Shown in pieces: positions 9,011-18,942 of a stretch of DNA of 64,000 nucleotides. Under the pieces are notes generated by a model, which saw only the letters and a program-made list of their open reading frames with translations, was not told the DNA's origin and made no database searches. Numbering within the stretch: position 1 is the stretch's first letter; each line of letters starts with the position of its first letter. This DNA comes from Candidatus Micrarchaeia archaeon (GTDB lineage Archaea > Micrarchaeota > Micrarchaeia > Anstonellales > Bilamarchaeaceae), in contig JAXLQI010000007.1 of assembly GCA_046331685.1 (NCBI GenBank), positions 1,862 through 65,861 of the forward strand, read 5' to 3'. Made by a program: the position numbers and the translations under genes.

Positions 9011-11821
9011 ATGGCCAGCCTGAGGAAGAGAGGGGAAACGAAGGCGCAGGAGCTAGGGGTCTCCAGCTTCGATACCAGATTGCTTTCACTTAGATCCATC
9101 GCAAGGATATTGGACGCCGAAGGCGGACCGGACCGGCCCGCTGCGAAACCGCCGAACCCCGGGACGGAGAATCGTACCGTCGAGCTCAGCATGGTGGAGA
9201 TCATCGAGCAACCGCCGGCGCGCAGGAGAAGGCCTAAGAAGAAAAATGCCGTGGACGAGGTAGACGAGCTGATCCGGGACCTCGAAGAGAGGCATTCGAC
9301 GAGGCCGCCCCCATCGCTGGCTGAGCCGGTGGCGGCTCCCCAGATTCCGCTCACAGGCGCACGCGGGGAGAACTCGGTGCTGTTCCGGATCAGCAGCGAA
9401 CCAGCTAACCCCGAGTCGAGCATAGTGACTTCGCTCGCCGATCTGCAGCGGCTTGGCAGGGAACTGCGCGCAGAGCCCCCTGAGGTGAAGGCGGCAGCAT
9501 CCGAGAGCAGCGTGGTGACGTCGCTCGCAGAGCTCCAGAAGATAGAGGCAGAGCGTGTCCAGGCCCCCCCGGCCAAGCCAGCGCTGAAGAAGGCCCAGCC
9601 CGAGAGCAGCGTCGTGGAATCGCTGGAAGAGATCCGCAGGATCCACGAGGAGCGCGTCGCGGCCGAGGAGATGGAGCGGATGGCCCGACTCCAGATGGAG
9701 ATGGAAGCGGCCGCCCTCAAGGAGAAGGAGGAAGCCGAGCAGGCCAGGATCCAGGAAGAGGCGGCAGCGCTGATCCGCGAGGAGATGCTCGCGCGTGAAG
9801 TCGACGACCTCCTTGATTCGCTTCCGCCTCCCGGGGAGCATGATGCCAGGTCGACCATTTACAAGCTCAATGAGAAAGAGACCATAATATTCAAGGATGA
9901 TTTCCCGGAAGGGCAGGGCCGCTGGATAATCCCGGTGGACCATGCAGGGGACGCGGACAGCGAAGAGGCGGTGGACCGTATCCTCGCATCCCCGACCATC
10001 GTGCTCGCCGGAAAATCGTATTACATCTGCGAGGAGAGGCACGGGATAGAAAAAGCTGTCCGCGCGGTCAGAAAGGGAGACGCCCTGAGCCTCTCAAATG
10101 AATCGCCTGAAGCATCGGTAGAGATACAGATAGAAGTCGATTTCGGGATCCCGTGGGGGGATGAGCATGTGGAGCACAGGCTCTCGGAAGATGAGCGGGT
10201 GATGTGCGACGACCTGATGCCTGAGCGGAAAGTGCTCTGGCTGGTCCCGGTCCCGCCATCCGGAACGAAGGACAAGGGGGATCTCGAGGTCATAACCCGG
10301 TTCAAGGAAGAGCCGATAGTGAGGATCGCCGGAAAGGCGTATTATGTCTATGAAGGGGAGAGCGGCTACGGCAACGCGCGGAAGATCGCGAGGGTAGGGG
10401 ATACCCTCCAAGTCTGGCCCGTGGCCACCACTGATTACGAGATCCTCGGCGAACCTTCTATGGAGATCAAGAAACCCCTCTCCCAGCCGGCAAGGAAGAG
10501 GAGCGAGTGGCCGGACAGCTTCTACACGCACCAGATGAGCGAGGAGGAGATGGCCGACCACCGGGACCATCTCCCTGAGGGCGCCCCTGTGCTGATATAC
10601 CCCGTGCCCGAGCCAGGGTCTGAGATCAGCCTGGACCGGACAGTGGTGAGGGATCTGGCGGAGAAGCACTCGGCCCAGCGCGTGCTGCTCGGTGGCCGCG
10701 AATATTTCGCATTCCGGATGAGAGAGATAAGCGCATGGAGAGAGATCGCGATAATGTGCCCCCAGACAAGGGTGGCATCACGGCACGGGAGGACGATAAA
10801 CATCTGGGAGGAGAACGGCTCGAGGCTATTCTCGAACACCGCTGCAGGCGGCACGAGCGGGCATACGGGGCCGCCGCTCCCTCCTACCGAGGGCTACGTC
10901 TTCCCTTCCCCGGCGGAGCTGCTCGATCTCGAAGGCCTCTACAACCTGGGGAAGAAATCCAGGTACCTGTATGCCTTGCCCGATGACCTGGGCAAGATGA
11001 ACATCGACAGCTTCAACAGCCTGGTGATGATCGGGGTCAACGAAGCGAAAGAAACCTCCATGTCACCGCTGATATCGATACGCGGCAGATGGTATATGGC
11101 CCTGGAGTATCCGATGGAAGGGGCGAGGAGGACCGAGCTCAGACGGGAGCGCATCTATGTCCACCCGAGCCGCCCGAGCTGGGATGGGAAGCTCGGAGAG
11201 CTCCGGGCCAGGCTGGTCGCCAAGAGGAAGGCAGGCGAACCAGAGGTGGTGCGGCTTCCGCAGGAGCCCAGGGCGCGCCTTGCCGCGATCAGGATGTTCA
11301 AGGAGGGCGAGGCCAGGTTTGTCATCCATGTCGAACCGGGGATGGAGAAGGCGGTCCCTGAATCCCAGAGGTTCCAGACCGTGGACGGAGAGACTGTCTC
11401 GACATGGAGGGTCGTCGAAGAAGACATCCCCGGGCATGCCATAGCGGTCATGAGGAGAGGGGAGGACATATTCCCGATAGAGCAGAGGGCCGAGTCGGTC
11501 AGAGCGCCGCCACGGCGCTCCACGATGGCCTACGGCACCAAGATCAGGGCTCCTGAAGAAGCATCTGAAGCGGCGATCGAGGTCACTAGCGGCCAGATCA
11601 TAGTCGAACCGGCAGGAAACGGGCCGCCAAGAAGCGAGGACAAGGAAGTGACAGAGGTCACCACCGGCCAGATCATCCTCGAACCCATAGGCAAGGGCCC
11701 CCTGCCCTCCAACGAGGGGGGGAGAACGATCGAAGAGGCGCTGATCCAGGTCACGACAGGCGACCTCCTGGTAGAGCCCCAAGGCCCTGGCGCAGGCGGG
11801 AAGAAAGGCAAGCCGTCCTGA
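9011..11821 (+). CDS. Large repetitive hypothetical protein (936 aa)
   Basis: Long ORF with an acidic coiled coil and three classes of internal repeat; no signal peptide. Confidence 0.8.
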   Translation: MASLRKRGETKAQELGVSSFDTRLLSLRSIARILDAEGGPDRPAAKPPNPGTENRTVELSMVEIIEQPPARRRRPKKKNAVDEVDELIRDLEERHSTRPPPSLAEPVAAPQIPLTGARGENSVLFRISSEPANPESSIVTSLADLQRLGRELRAEPPEVKAAASESSVVTSLAELQKIEAERVQAPPAKPALKKAQPESSVVESLEEIRRIHEERVAAEEMERMARLQMEMEAAALKEKEEAEQARIQEEAAALIREEMLAREVDDLLDSLPPPGEHDARSTIYKLNEKETIIFKDDFPEGQGRWIIPVDHAGDADSEEAVDRILASPTIVLAGKSYYICEERHGIEKAVRAVRKGDALSLSNESPEASVEIQIEVDFGIPWGDEHVEHRLSEDERVMCDDLMPERKVLWLVPVPPSGTKDKGDLEVITRFKEEPIVRIAGKAYYVYEGESGYGNARKIARVGDTLQVWPVATTDYEILGEPSMEIKKPLSQPARKRSEWPDSFYTHQMSEEEMADHRDHLPEGAPVLIYPVPEPGSEISLDRTVVRDLAEKHSAQRVLLGGREYFAFRMREISAWREIAIMCPQTRVASRHGRTINIWEENGSRLFSNTAAGGTSGHTGPPLPPTEGYVFPSPAELLDLEGLYNLGKKSRYLYALPDDLGKMNIDSFNSLVMIGVNEAKETSMSPLISIRGRWYMALEYPMEGARRTELRRERIYVHPSRPSWDGKLGELRARLVAKRKAGEPEVVRLPQEPRARLAAIRMFKEGEARFVIHVEPGMEKAVPESQRFQTVDGETVSTWRVVEEDIPGHAIAVMRRGEDIFPIEQRAESVRAPPRRSTMAYGTKIRAPEEASEAAIEVTSGQIIVEPAGNGPPRSEDKEVTEVTTGQIILEPIGKGPLPSNEGGRTIEEALIQVTTGDLLVEPQGPGAGGKKGKPS

Positions 11822-11877
11822 AACAACGGAAATGCCCTATCGTCTTGTTTTTATATCCTGAAAGCCTAATCAGTGCC

Positions 11878-13041
11878 ATGGGAATGGGCAAGGGCGCTTA
11901 CCTGAAAAAAATCACCGACGGGGTGCACAGGTGGCGCACGATCGAGGTCGGGGAAACGCTCGAAGGAAGCTCCCCGCCATCAGTTTTCATAGGGAAGTCC
12001 GGATACCCGAAGGTATACGCAGGACCGATGCTGAGCATGGATCCCGGGGACAGCTTCGTGATGGACGCCCCGGAGCAATGGATACCCGGGAACATGAAGC
12101 AGGAGGACATCATCCGCTTCAGGCTGGACCTTGTCCGGGGAAAGCAGCTCGTAGGGATCAAGGAGACCGACAACCGGCTCGTCAAGAAGCTGCAGGAGAT
12201 CTCCCTCGCAGCCGAATCCGTCGAAAGCGAAGCGAAATTCAGGCACAAGCCGCGGGGATTCTCGTTCGACGAGGAGCATACGCCCTTCGGGCCGAGCGCT
12301 GGCCTGGAGAGGTTCGATATCGGGAATGTCCGGTGGGACCGCCATCTGCAGAAAGCGCATTATGACACGGACTTCAAGGCGGCAGATGCAATCGCCGAGG
12401 TTTACGAAGAGGGGGTCCTTTTCTCGCAGATCCAGAAAGCGCTCTCCACAGGGAGCCTCGGGCTCGGCAGGAACCGGAAGCTGGTGCCGACGAGGTGGTC
12501 CATAACGGCCGTGGACACAACCCTCGCTAACCATCTCTATGAGAGGGTCATCTATAACGAGCTGATCGATTCCTACCGTGTCCACGAATTCTCGAGCCTC
12601 AACAATTATTATGCCGTGATACTGACCCCCACCCCCTGGCAGTACGAGTGGATAGAGGCGTTCATACATATCCTCGGAAAGGAGGAGATGGTATTCGGGG
12701 ATCATGAGCATGAGAGGGGGAAAAGCGGATATTCGAGCGTAGGCGGATGCTACTACAGCTGCAAGTTCGCCGTGCTCGAGGCCCTCGAGCGGATGGGGAA
12801 GCAGGCCGGGGCGATCGTCCTCCGCGAGGCGTATGAGGGATATGTGCCCCTGGGGGTGTTCAATGTCCGCGAGAACGTCCGCAACGCGATGCGCCAGCCG
12901 CATCATGAGTTCGGCTCTTTCCGGAGCGCCCTCAATTTCGTGTCGGCCAGGCTCCGACTGCCTATTTCAAGATTTGTAGAGCAGGGCGTGCTCCTCCGCG
13001 AGATGCTGTCGCACAGGCAGACGACGCTCGCTGAAGCATGA
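11878..13041 (+). CDS. nreA: Nre family archaeal DNA repair protein
   Basis: GSSPPSVFIG..GYPKV, RKLVPTRWSITAVD, GGCYY, PLGVFNVRENVR, C-terminal PIP-like QTTL. Confidence 0.9.
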   Translation: MGMGKGAYLKKITDGVHRWRTIEVGETLEGSSPPSVFIGKSGYPKVYAGPMLSMDPGDSFVMDAPEQWIPGNMKQEDIIRFRLDLVRGKQLVGIKETDNRLVKKLQEISLAAESVESEAKFRHKPRGFSFDEEHTPFGPSAGLERFDIGNVRWDRHLQKAHYDTDFKAADAIAEVYEEGVLFSQIQKALSTGSLGLGRNRKLVPTRWSITAVDTTLANHLYERVIYNELIDSYRVHEFSSLNNYYAVILTPTPWQYEWIEAFIHILGKEEMVFGDHEHERGKSGYSSVGGCYYSCKFAVLEALERMGKQAGAIVLREAYEGYVPLGVFNVRENVRNAMRQPHHEFGSFRSALNFVSARLRLPISRFVEQGVLLREMLSHRQTTLAEA

Positions 13042-14107
13042 TCTCCTTCAGATGAGCGGGGCCGAGGATTCTGGCCCCGGCCGGCTCGGCGTTCTTCAGG
13101 CGCGAGCGGCGCAGGAAAGCAGCGACGTTGGCTTGCGTAGGCATCTCGTCATCCGCCAGCCTTTTCGCAGCGGCCGCGTTCCCGTAGAAGGCTGCGAGGC
13201 GGGCGTCTCCGGTGGCATCGTATGCCGCCATGAACGCCCCGGCGTGGGTATCGCCCGCGTTTGTCCTCCTGCGCAAGGATATGTCGAGGCAGGGGACGGC
13301 CCAACGATCCTTTTGCCCTGGCTCGAAGACGGCCGTGAAAGACATGGTATGGAGGAGGACCTTCACCATCCCGCCTATCCTCGCTCCCAGGATGTCCGCG
13401 AGCATAGGCCCGCGGTCCATCAAGGAATGGCCGTGAACGCCGAACTCGTCGCAGAGATTGTTCATCTCGGTCTCATTCGCTGCGATCACCAGATCCCTAA
13501 GACGCCTTTCGGCAGCGGGGCCGCAGATACGGCTCATCATCATCTTCTCCCGCCGGGGATATCCGTATCCGCTGTCGAGGAAGATCCGGCTGGCCAGATC
13601 CATCATCGGGATCGTGATATTCTCGTAGAAAGAGCATGAGGCGATCCAGTCTGATTTCGAGAGGCCGAGGCCCCCGACCATCCTTGCAAGCGCTTTCATG
13701 TCAGCGACAGACGAGGAGCTGTCGTGGAAGAGGATGTTCATGTCCTCGAGTTCCAGGATCGTGTTGCGCCGCGGACTTGTCTGGACAGAATGCACCGGGA
13801 GCCTGATCCCTTCGGCCTTCTTGATGCGGTCGACAAGGCACCTCGCGCAGCGGTCCATGAATCCGGCGAAGACTATGCCGGGGAAGCCGAGGGACGAGGC
13901 CGTGAGGGCGAAATTTATCCCGCCCCCTCCGATCCGTTCCTGCTTCGGACCATGGAACCGCTGCTCGCCAAGCTCGAGCTTCTCCTTGTACTGGGCTAGG
14001 GTGAGGGGGACCTGGTAGGCGACATCGACCACGGCATTGTGCACAGAAACGATACGGTTGGAACCGCCGCGGACAATCGCCCCGATATCTGAGAAAAGGT
14101 CGTCCAT
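12962..14107 (-). CDS. PfkB/ribokinase-family carbohydrate kinase
   Basis: GGGGINFA N-terminal motif, ANETE, TNAGDTHAGAF anion-hole motif; 80-bp convergent overlap with nreA. Confidence 0.75.
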   Translation of the reverse strand: MDDLFSDIGAIVRGGSNRIVSVHNAVVDVAYQVPLTLAQYKEKLELGEQRFHGPKQERIGGGGINFALTASSLGFPGIVFAGFMDRCARCLVDRIKKAEGIRLPVHSVQTSPRRNTILELEDMNILFHDSSSSVADMKALARMVGGLGLSKSDWIASCSFYENITIPMMDLASRIFLDSGYGYPRREKMMMSRICGPAAERRLRDLVIAANETEMNNLCDEFGVHGHSLMDRGPMLADILGARIGGMVKVLLHTMSFTAVFEPGQKDRWAVPCLDISLRRRTNAGDTHAGAFMAAYDATGDARLAAFYGNAAAAKRLADDEMPTQANVAAFLRRSRLKNAEPAGARILGPAHLKEIMLQRASSACATASRGGARPALQILK

Positions 14108-14222
14108 GCCAGGTGTTCCAGAACAATGGTTTTAATGGTTCGCTAGGGGCCGCATCCGATTACGCCGATCGCCGCATTCCGCATAAAGCAATTTTAAATT
14201 GTTGGGCAGAAAAAAGAGTTGT

Positions 14223-15824
14223 ATGGCGGGAGCGGCAGAAAGGATATCGGCCAGTTCTATTACTGCGACTTCGTCCAGGCCGGCCCACAACCCGGTCCGC
14301 AATTACCGGCCCTCTTTCGAGAGCATAATCCTCTCCCCGTCAGGCGGAAGCGCAGCAGTGCCCGAAAAACTGGCCGGGGCCCTCGAACACCTGAATTCGT
14401 CTGCGAAGGAAAAAGGGGTCGAGCGCGAGGTGAACCACGTCCTACGCGTATACGCCCGGGATGTCAAGAACGACATAGTGCTCCTCACGATCAAGCGGCT
14501 CGCAGACCTCGTCGACGACCTTCCGAGCGACAGGCTCAGGACCAGGCTCTCCGAGATCCCTCAGCTGATGCGGCAGTTCCCGGAGCTCGCAGACACTGTG
14601 CCGGAGCTGGTCCACAAGACCGAGATGGTCCTTGGCGGGAAGGGGATAACTGTGGATGCGATGCGCAAGATGATCGGCAGGGTGGCCACGAAATCAAACA
14701 GCTTCTGCCCGGTGGAACTTTTCACGACGATGAAGATGGATTACGAGAGCGGGAGCTTCGACAACATCGAGGGGATCGCAGAAGCCCGGGGCGCAGCTCC
14801 GCAGACAGCCACCCTCCCCCAGCCGGTGGCCGCATCCGAGTTCGGGCAGGCCGCCCTGCAGCCTGTCAATGAAAGCCCCCAGCCGTATATGCCCCCGGCC
14901 CAGATCTGGACAGACGACATGAAAAGGAAAGTGGATGAGATAGTCTCAGCCCCGGACCCTGAGATCGTCCGGTCGATAACCGGGCAGACGGCCGATGAGC
15001 GCCCGAAGGACCGGGCCGAGAACCCCCTGCTCACGAAGGCTGCGGCGATTCCGCCGGAGCGGCGGATTCCGCCTCAGCACCTGAAGACTCCCCAGGCCAA
15101 CGCGCCGGCAGAAAAGCCGGACAAGGCCGATGATCCGCGACCGCCGAAGACGGCAGACGGACTTGCGCGGAAGGCTGGAAAGCAGATGAGGGAGAAACAG
15201 GAAGGCCGGCATTCGATAGCTAGCGATAGGATCCCGGAAAAGGCGCCCGAGGCCAAACGGCTGACAGCACCGGAACCGGCAGCGAAGAAGGCTGAGCCGC
15301 AGTCCCGCTCCGGCAGCCTGCGACCGATAAAAAACAAGCGCGTCGGATCGCAGCCGATAATCGCAATCCCCCAAAGGAAAACGCGCCTCAAAGAGGATGG
15401 TCCGGCAAGGAAACCAATGGCTGCGAGGGGCCCTGCTCTCTTCGCTGCGCTGAAGAGGATCAAACTGCCGGCGGGCAAGGCTTCCCCGAAGAAAGATGCG
15501 AGGAAACCCGCGCCGAAGAAATTCAGGGCTGACGTACCGAAAAGGAAAGAAGGCAAGAAGAAGGCCCGTGAGACCGAGAAGAGGAAGCGGGTGCCTGCCG
15601 AAACTCCGGAGCGGAAGTCCCCGAAGGCCAGAAAAAGGAACCGCAAGGATCATGCTCCGGCGACCATCTTCGCCCCGAAAAGACCGATCGGGAGGATCTC
15701 CTGCTTCCCGAGGATTATGGAACCTGAGAGGATCAAGAACGTCAATACAGGGGCGAGAAGGGCGCAACAGAGGAAGGCCCCGGCCTGGAAGAAGGCGTTT
15801 CCGGTCTGGAGAAACGCTTTTTAA
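14223..15824 (+). CDS. Hypothetical protein: helical N-terminal domain plus long Pro/Ala/Lys/Arg-rich disordered tail
   Basis: ORF with upstream TTTTAAA; low-complexity basic C-terminal half. Confidence 0.65.
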   Translation: MAGAAERISASSITATSSRPAHNPVRNYRPSFESIILSPSGGSAAVPEKLAGALEHLNSSAKEKGVEREVNHVLRVYARDVKNDIVLLTIKRLADLVDDLPSDRLRTRLSEIPQLMRQFPELADTVPELVHKTEMVLGGKGITVDAMRKMIGRVATKSNSFCPVELFTTMKMDYESGSFDNIEGIAEARGAAPQTATLPQPVAASEFGQAALQPVNESPQPYMPPAQIWTDDMKRKVDEIVSAPDPEIVRSITGQTADERPKDRAENPLLTKAAAIPPERRIPPQHLKTPQANAPAEKPDKADDPRPPKTADGLARKAGKQMREKQEGRHSIASDRIPEKAPEAKRLTAPEPAAKKAEPQSRSGSLRPIKNKRVGSQPIIAIPQRKTRLKEDGPARKPMAARGPALFAALKRIKLPAGKASPKKDARKPAPKKFRADVPKRKEGKKKARETEKRKRVPAETPERKSPKARKRNRKDHAPATIFAPKRPIGRISCFPRIMEPERIKNVNTGARRAQQRKAPAWKKAFPVWRNAF

Positions 15825-15847
15825 GCTTGTTTTTCATTCTTTCTCCC

Positions 15848-17128
15848 ATGAAATACCGCTATGCTCTGATATTTCTCATCCTACTTCAGCTCAGCGCTGT
15901 GATTTTCCCAGCCTGCGTGGGGTATAGCGATTCGTTCACTGTCCGTGTCCTCGATGCGAAGCAAAGGCCCATAGAAGGGGCAGAGGTCTGGGTGAAATAC
16001 GACCGCGGAGCTTCATTCGGCCCCCAGTATTTCACCACGCCGATCAACAAGACAGGCCCGGACGGGACCATCCATTACCAGCTCCTCAACCAGGGGACGA
16101 ACACACGGACCATAGACTGCGCCATAACCATAAACGGCTCGATAGGGGGCCAGAGCAAGAAAGTGGTCGTCAACGCGCTCGAGCACGGCCCAATCGTGGA
16201 TGTCAAGCTCGACAACGTATATCCGGTGAATTTCTTCGTCCGGGACCAGTTCAAGGCGCCCCTCCCGGGGGCTTCGGTCACCCTTGGAAACAAGACCAAC
16301 AGGACAGACAGCTTCGGCCGGGTGAAGTATTTCTTCAGCGTCGGAAGCTATGATTATTTCGCGAGCTACAAGGATGCGAAGCAGCCGGGCACCCTCAATA
16401 TCTCCAATGACACCGAATACGAAGTGATATTCCCGTACTACAAGGTGAGGGTAGAGGTCACGGACGATTTCGGCGAGCCTCTCCCGGTTATACTCACGAT
16501 TTTCAACACATCCAACACCCTCGACACGGGGGTCTTCGAAAGCGATAAGACATTCGGGGAGTCCGTGCCCTATACCGTCGATTACAAGGGCAACATCAAC
16601 GAGAGCACCATCATCCCTTCGGTCGACCCGATAGTCAAGATCATATATGATATCCATTCCCCGGTCATCGGGAACATACAGTCGAGCATGCAGAACAGCC
16701 GTGCAAAGCTCTCATTCCCGGTGTCCGACCCCGGCAGGTTCCCGAGCGGGGTGGATGTCTCGAGCGTCAAGGTGTCATATAAGCTCGAGCCGTCCGACGC
16801 CACTACGCCCTGGAACCAGGCGGTCACATTCACCACGGGCAGGAGCACATACACCGCCGAGTTCCCGGAACTCCCCAAGAACAGCATCGTCAGGTTCAGG
16901 GTGGAGCTGAAGGACAAGGCCGGGAACCGGGCGGAGATAGAGGGGAAGTTTTCGACATTCAGCGAAGCCAACCCTGAGAACCAGACCAATAACACGCAAA
17001 ACCAGACAAATCCACAACCCGGGCAAAACGATAGTCAGGGAATACCACTAATATACATACTGGTTGGTGTAATTGTTGTGATTTTGGTGGTTTTTGTAGT
17101 AATTCGCATAAAAACAAAAGCAGGGTGA
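15848..17128 (+). CDS. Surface protein with carboxypeptidase-regulatory-like / Ig-like beta-sandwich repeats and C-terminal TM anchor
   Basis: Signal peptide; repeated V.V.D...PI.GA.V motifs; N/Q-rich linker; TM helix followed by RIKTK. Confidence 0.8.
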   Translation: MKYRYALIFLILLQLSAVIFPACVGYSDSFTVRVLDAKQRPIEGAEVWVKYDRGASFGPQYFTTPINKTGPDGTIHYQLLNQGTNTRTIDCAITINGSIGGQSKKVVVNALEHGPIVDVKLDNVYPVNFFVRDQFKAPLPGASVTLGNKTNRTDSFGRVKYFFSVGSYDYFASYKDAKQPGTLNISNDTEYEVIFPYYKVRVEVTDDFGEPLPVILTIFNTSNTLDTGVFESDKTFGESVPYTVDYKGNINESTIIPSVDPIVKIIYDIHSPVIGNIQSSMQNSRAKLSFPVSDPGRFPSGVDVSSVKVSYKLEPSDATTPWNQAVTFTTGRSTYTAEFPELPKNSIVRFRVELKDKAGNRAEIEGKFSTFSEANPENQTNNTQNQTNPQPGQNDSQGIPLIYILVGVIVVILVVFVVIRIKTKAG

Positions 17129-17224
17129 GGTTTTAAAAGAGAGTTATCTTTATAAATTGTGTGTTTTATAATTATAATCACTCAAATGCATAAACTGTAA
17201 TAATATTAGTCTAAGGTGGTAAAG

Positions 17225-17956
17225 ATGCCTCGAGGAAAGAAAATCATCATTGAAACGGAGATAAGCGACGACTTCGTAGACAAGTTCCGGTCCATCGATC
17301 TTGACGAGATAAAGAAGGAGCGGGACCGCACTGAGAAGGGCCTTTCGAGCTCGGTCTCAAACGTATTCAAAGTAGCGCAGAACCTTTACCGCCAGAAAGC
17401 GAGCGAGGAGGAACTCGAGGGGAAGCACGAACTTTTCTCAGTCCGCTCGGCGTACGATTACCTGAAAGGCAGCGGAGTGTTCATATCCTTCAGGGCCTTC
17501 GGCGGGAGGATAGAGAGGGGCACCATACCGTTCGTCAAGGTCGGCAGGAAGAGGTACATACCCAAGAGCGTGCTCGACGACATCACGAACACCAAGAGCG
17601 AGTTCTACACCGTGAAGGAAGCGTTCGAGGAGTACAAGAAATCCAACCAGAAGATCAACTTCAGGGCCTTCATAGGGAGGATCGAGAAAGGATCCATCCC
17701 GTCGGTCAAATTCGGCACCAGGAGGCTGGTCCCGAAGGACGCCGTCGATGCCCTCACCCACATCAGCTCCAACTACTACTCCGTGAGCCAGGCGATAAAA
17801 GAGCTCCACAAGACAGGCATCAGGATCAAGAGGAATGCATTCGAGAGGCGCCTGGACCGCGGAAGGATCCCGCACGTCAAGATCGGCGGCAGGAGATTCA
17901 TCCACGAGGAAGTGATGCGCGAGCTGACCGAGAAGGAATCGGCGCTCCGCAAGTGA
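17225..17956 (+). CDS. DNA-binding protein with three tandem excisionase-like (HTH_17/MerR-like) domains
   Basis: Three repeats of Y/F-S/T-V..A...FRAF.GRIE.G.IP.VK.G.RR.I; AGGTGG SD. Confidence 0.85.
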   Translation: MPRGKKIIIETEISDDFVDKFRSIDLDEIKKERDRTEKGLSSSVSNVFKVAQNLYRQKASEEELEGKHELFSVRSAYDYLKGSGVFISFRAFGGRIERGTIPFVKVGRKRYIPKSVLDDITNTKSEFYTVKEAFEEYKKSNQKINFRAFIGRIEKGSIPSVKFGTRRLVPKDAVDALTHISSNYYSVSQAIKELHKTGIRIKRNAFERRLDRGRIPHVKIGGRRFIHEEVMRELTEKESALRK

Positions 17957-18044
17957 TTTTTTCCTAATATCTATCCTTATTTTCCACTTCCAGGCCATCG
18001 CCGCCAGATAGCTTTATAAGTTGTAATAGGTATAAATATATGTA

Positions 18045-18623
18045 GTGATTACCTTGACAAGCGGCAGCAAGTTTTCCAAACCCGAGGGCGCATACCTCAC
18101 AAGGCACAAGATAAAGCCGTTCCTCGCCGGCCTCCTGGAAGGCTCCCCACTGGTGGAGGTCGCCATCGAAGGCCTGAAAAGGCCCATCGCTGACGACCTG
18201 CGCAGGGAATACGAACTGAGGGTGGCCAGACACGGAAACACCGAGCAGATACATGCCGCCATGCTGGCCGGCTGCAGCAATGAATCGCAGGACATGCTGG
18301 CCGCGGCTTTCGAGCATAAGTACAATCTGAGGATGAACAGCGAACACGAGAGGGCTTATACCTCCGAGTCCGGGATGCACGCTTCCGTGGTGCTGGAGAT
18401 ATCCGACCGCTACAAGAAGCATACGCTCGGCCAGATAGTCCGGCTGCTGAAAAGCGGCAAGGTCAGCGCAGACAAGGCCCAGATGACTTTCGCATCGATG
18501 ATATTCGCAGAGGGGAGCGCCGAGCAGGCAAGCGAGCTGCTCACAAGCGGGAAAGTCAGCTCGATGTTCGCAAGGCACGTATTGAGGTTCAAGCTCGGGG
18601 AGCACGGGGGGTATGACGCATGA
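18045..18623 (+). CDS. Hypothetical protein
   Basis: ORF after TATAAATA; overlaps the next gene by ATGA. Confidence 0.6.
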   Translation: MITLTSGSKFSKPEGAYLTRHKIKPFLAGLLEGSPLVEVAIEGLKRPIADDLRREYELRVARHGNTEQIHAAMLAGCSNESQDMLAAAFEHKYNLRMNSEHERAYTSESGMHASVVLEISDRYKKHTLGQIVRLLKSGKVSADKAQMTFASMIFAEGSAEQASELLTSGKVSSMFARHVLRFKLGEHGGYDA

Positions 18624-18910
18624 CGAAACAGAGCCCTGTATATCCGTTCCGGGAGAAAGCGATGGTGTTCTGCCGCGCGACGCTCAAAGGCCGCGACCCG
18701 CTGCTTGAAGTCGCGCTTGTCGGCCTGTCAAAGGACGGGATCGATGAGAGGGCAAAGGAGCGTTATACCGAGAAAGTCCTGATATCGGGATGGCTAGACA
18801 TGTTCGCGAGGAAGGGGAAGGGCATGTTCACAAGGCTCGCCCAGGACATATGCATCAGCGATGTGAAGTCGCAGCCGGAAAAGGCGCCGGTATTCGTCTT
18901 CGATGAGTGA
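18620..18910 (+). CDS. Hypothetical protein, partial paralog of the upstream gene
   Basis: PLLEVALVGL resembles PLVEVAIEGL in 18045..18623. Confidence 0.6.
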   Translation: MTKQSPVYPFREKAMVFCRATLKGRDPLLEVALVGLSKDGIDERAKERYTEKVLISGWLDMFARKGKGMFTRLAQDICISDVKSQPEKAPVFVFDE

Positions 18911-18942
18911 TATTTTATTATCCTTGCCCCATATAGCTCCCC

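Noticed and set aside
8124..11821. Integrated element at tRNA-Gly
   Set aside because: Orphans flank the tRNA, but I found no integrase and no duplicated tRNA 3' end in the window
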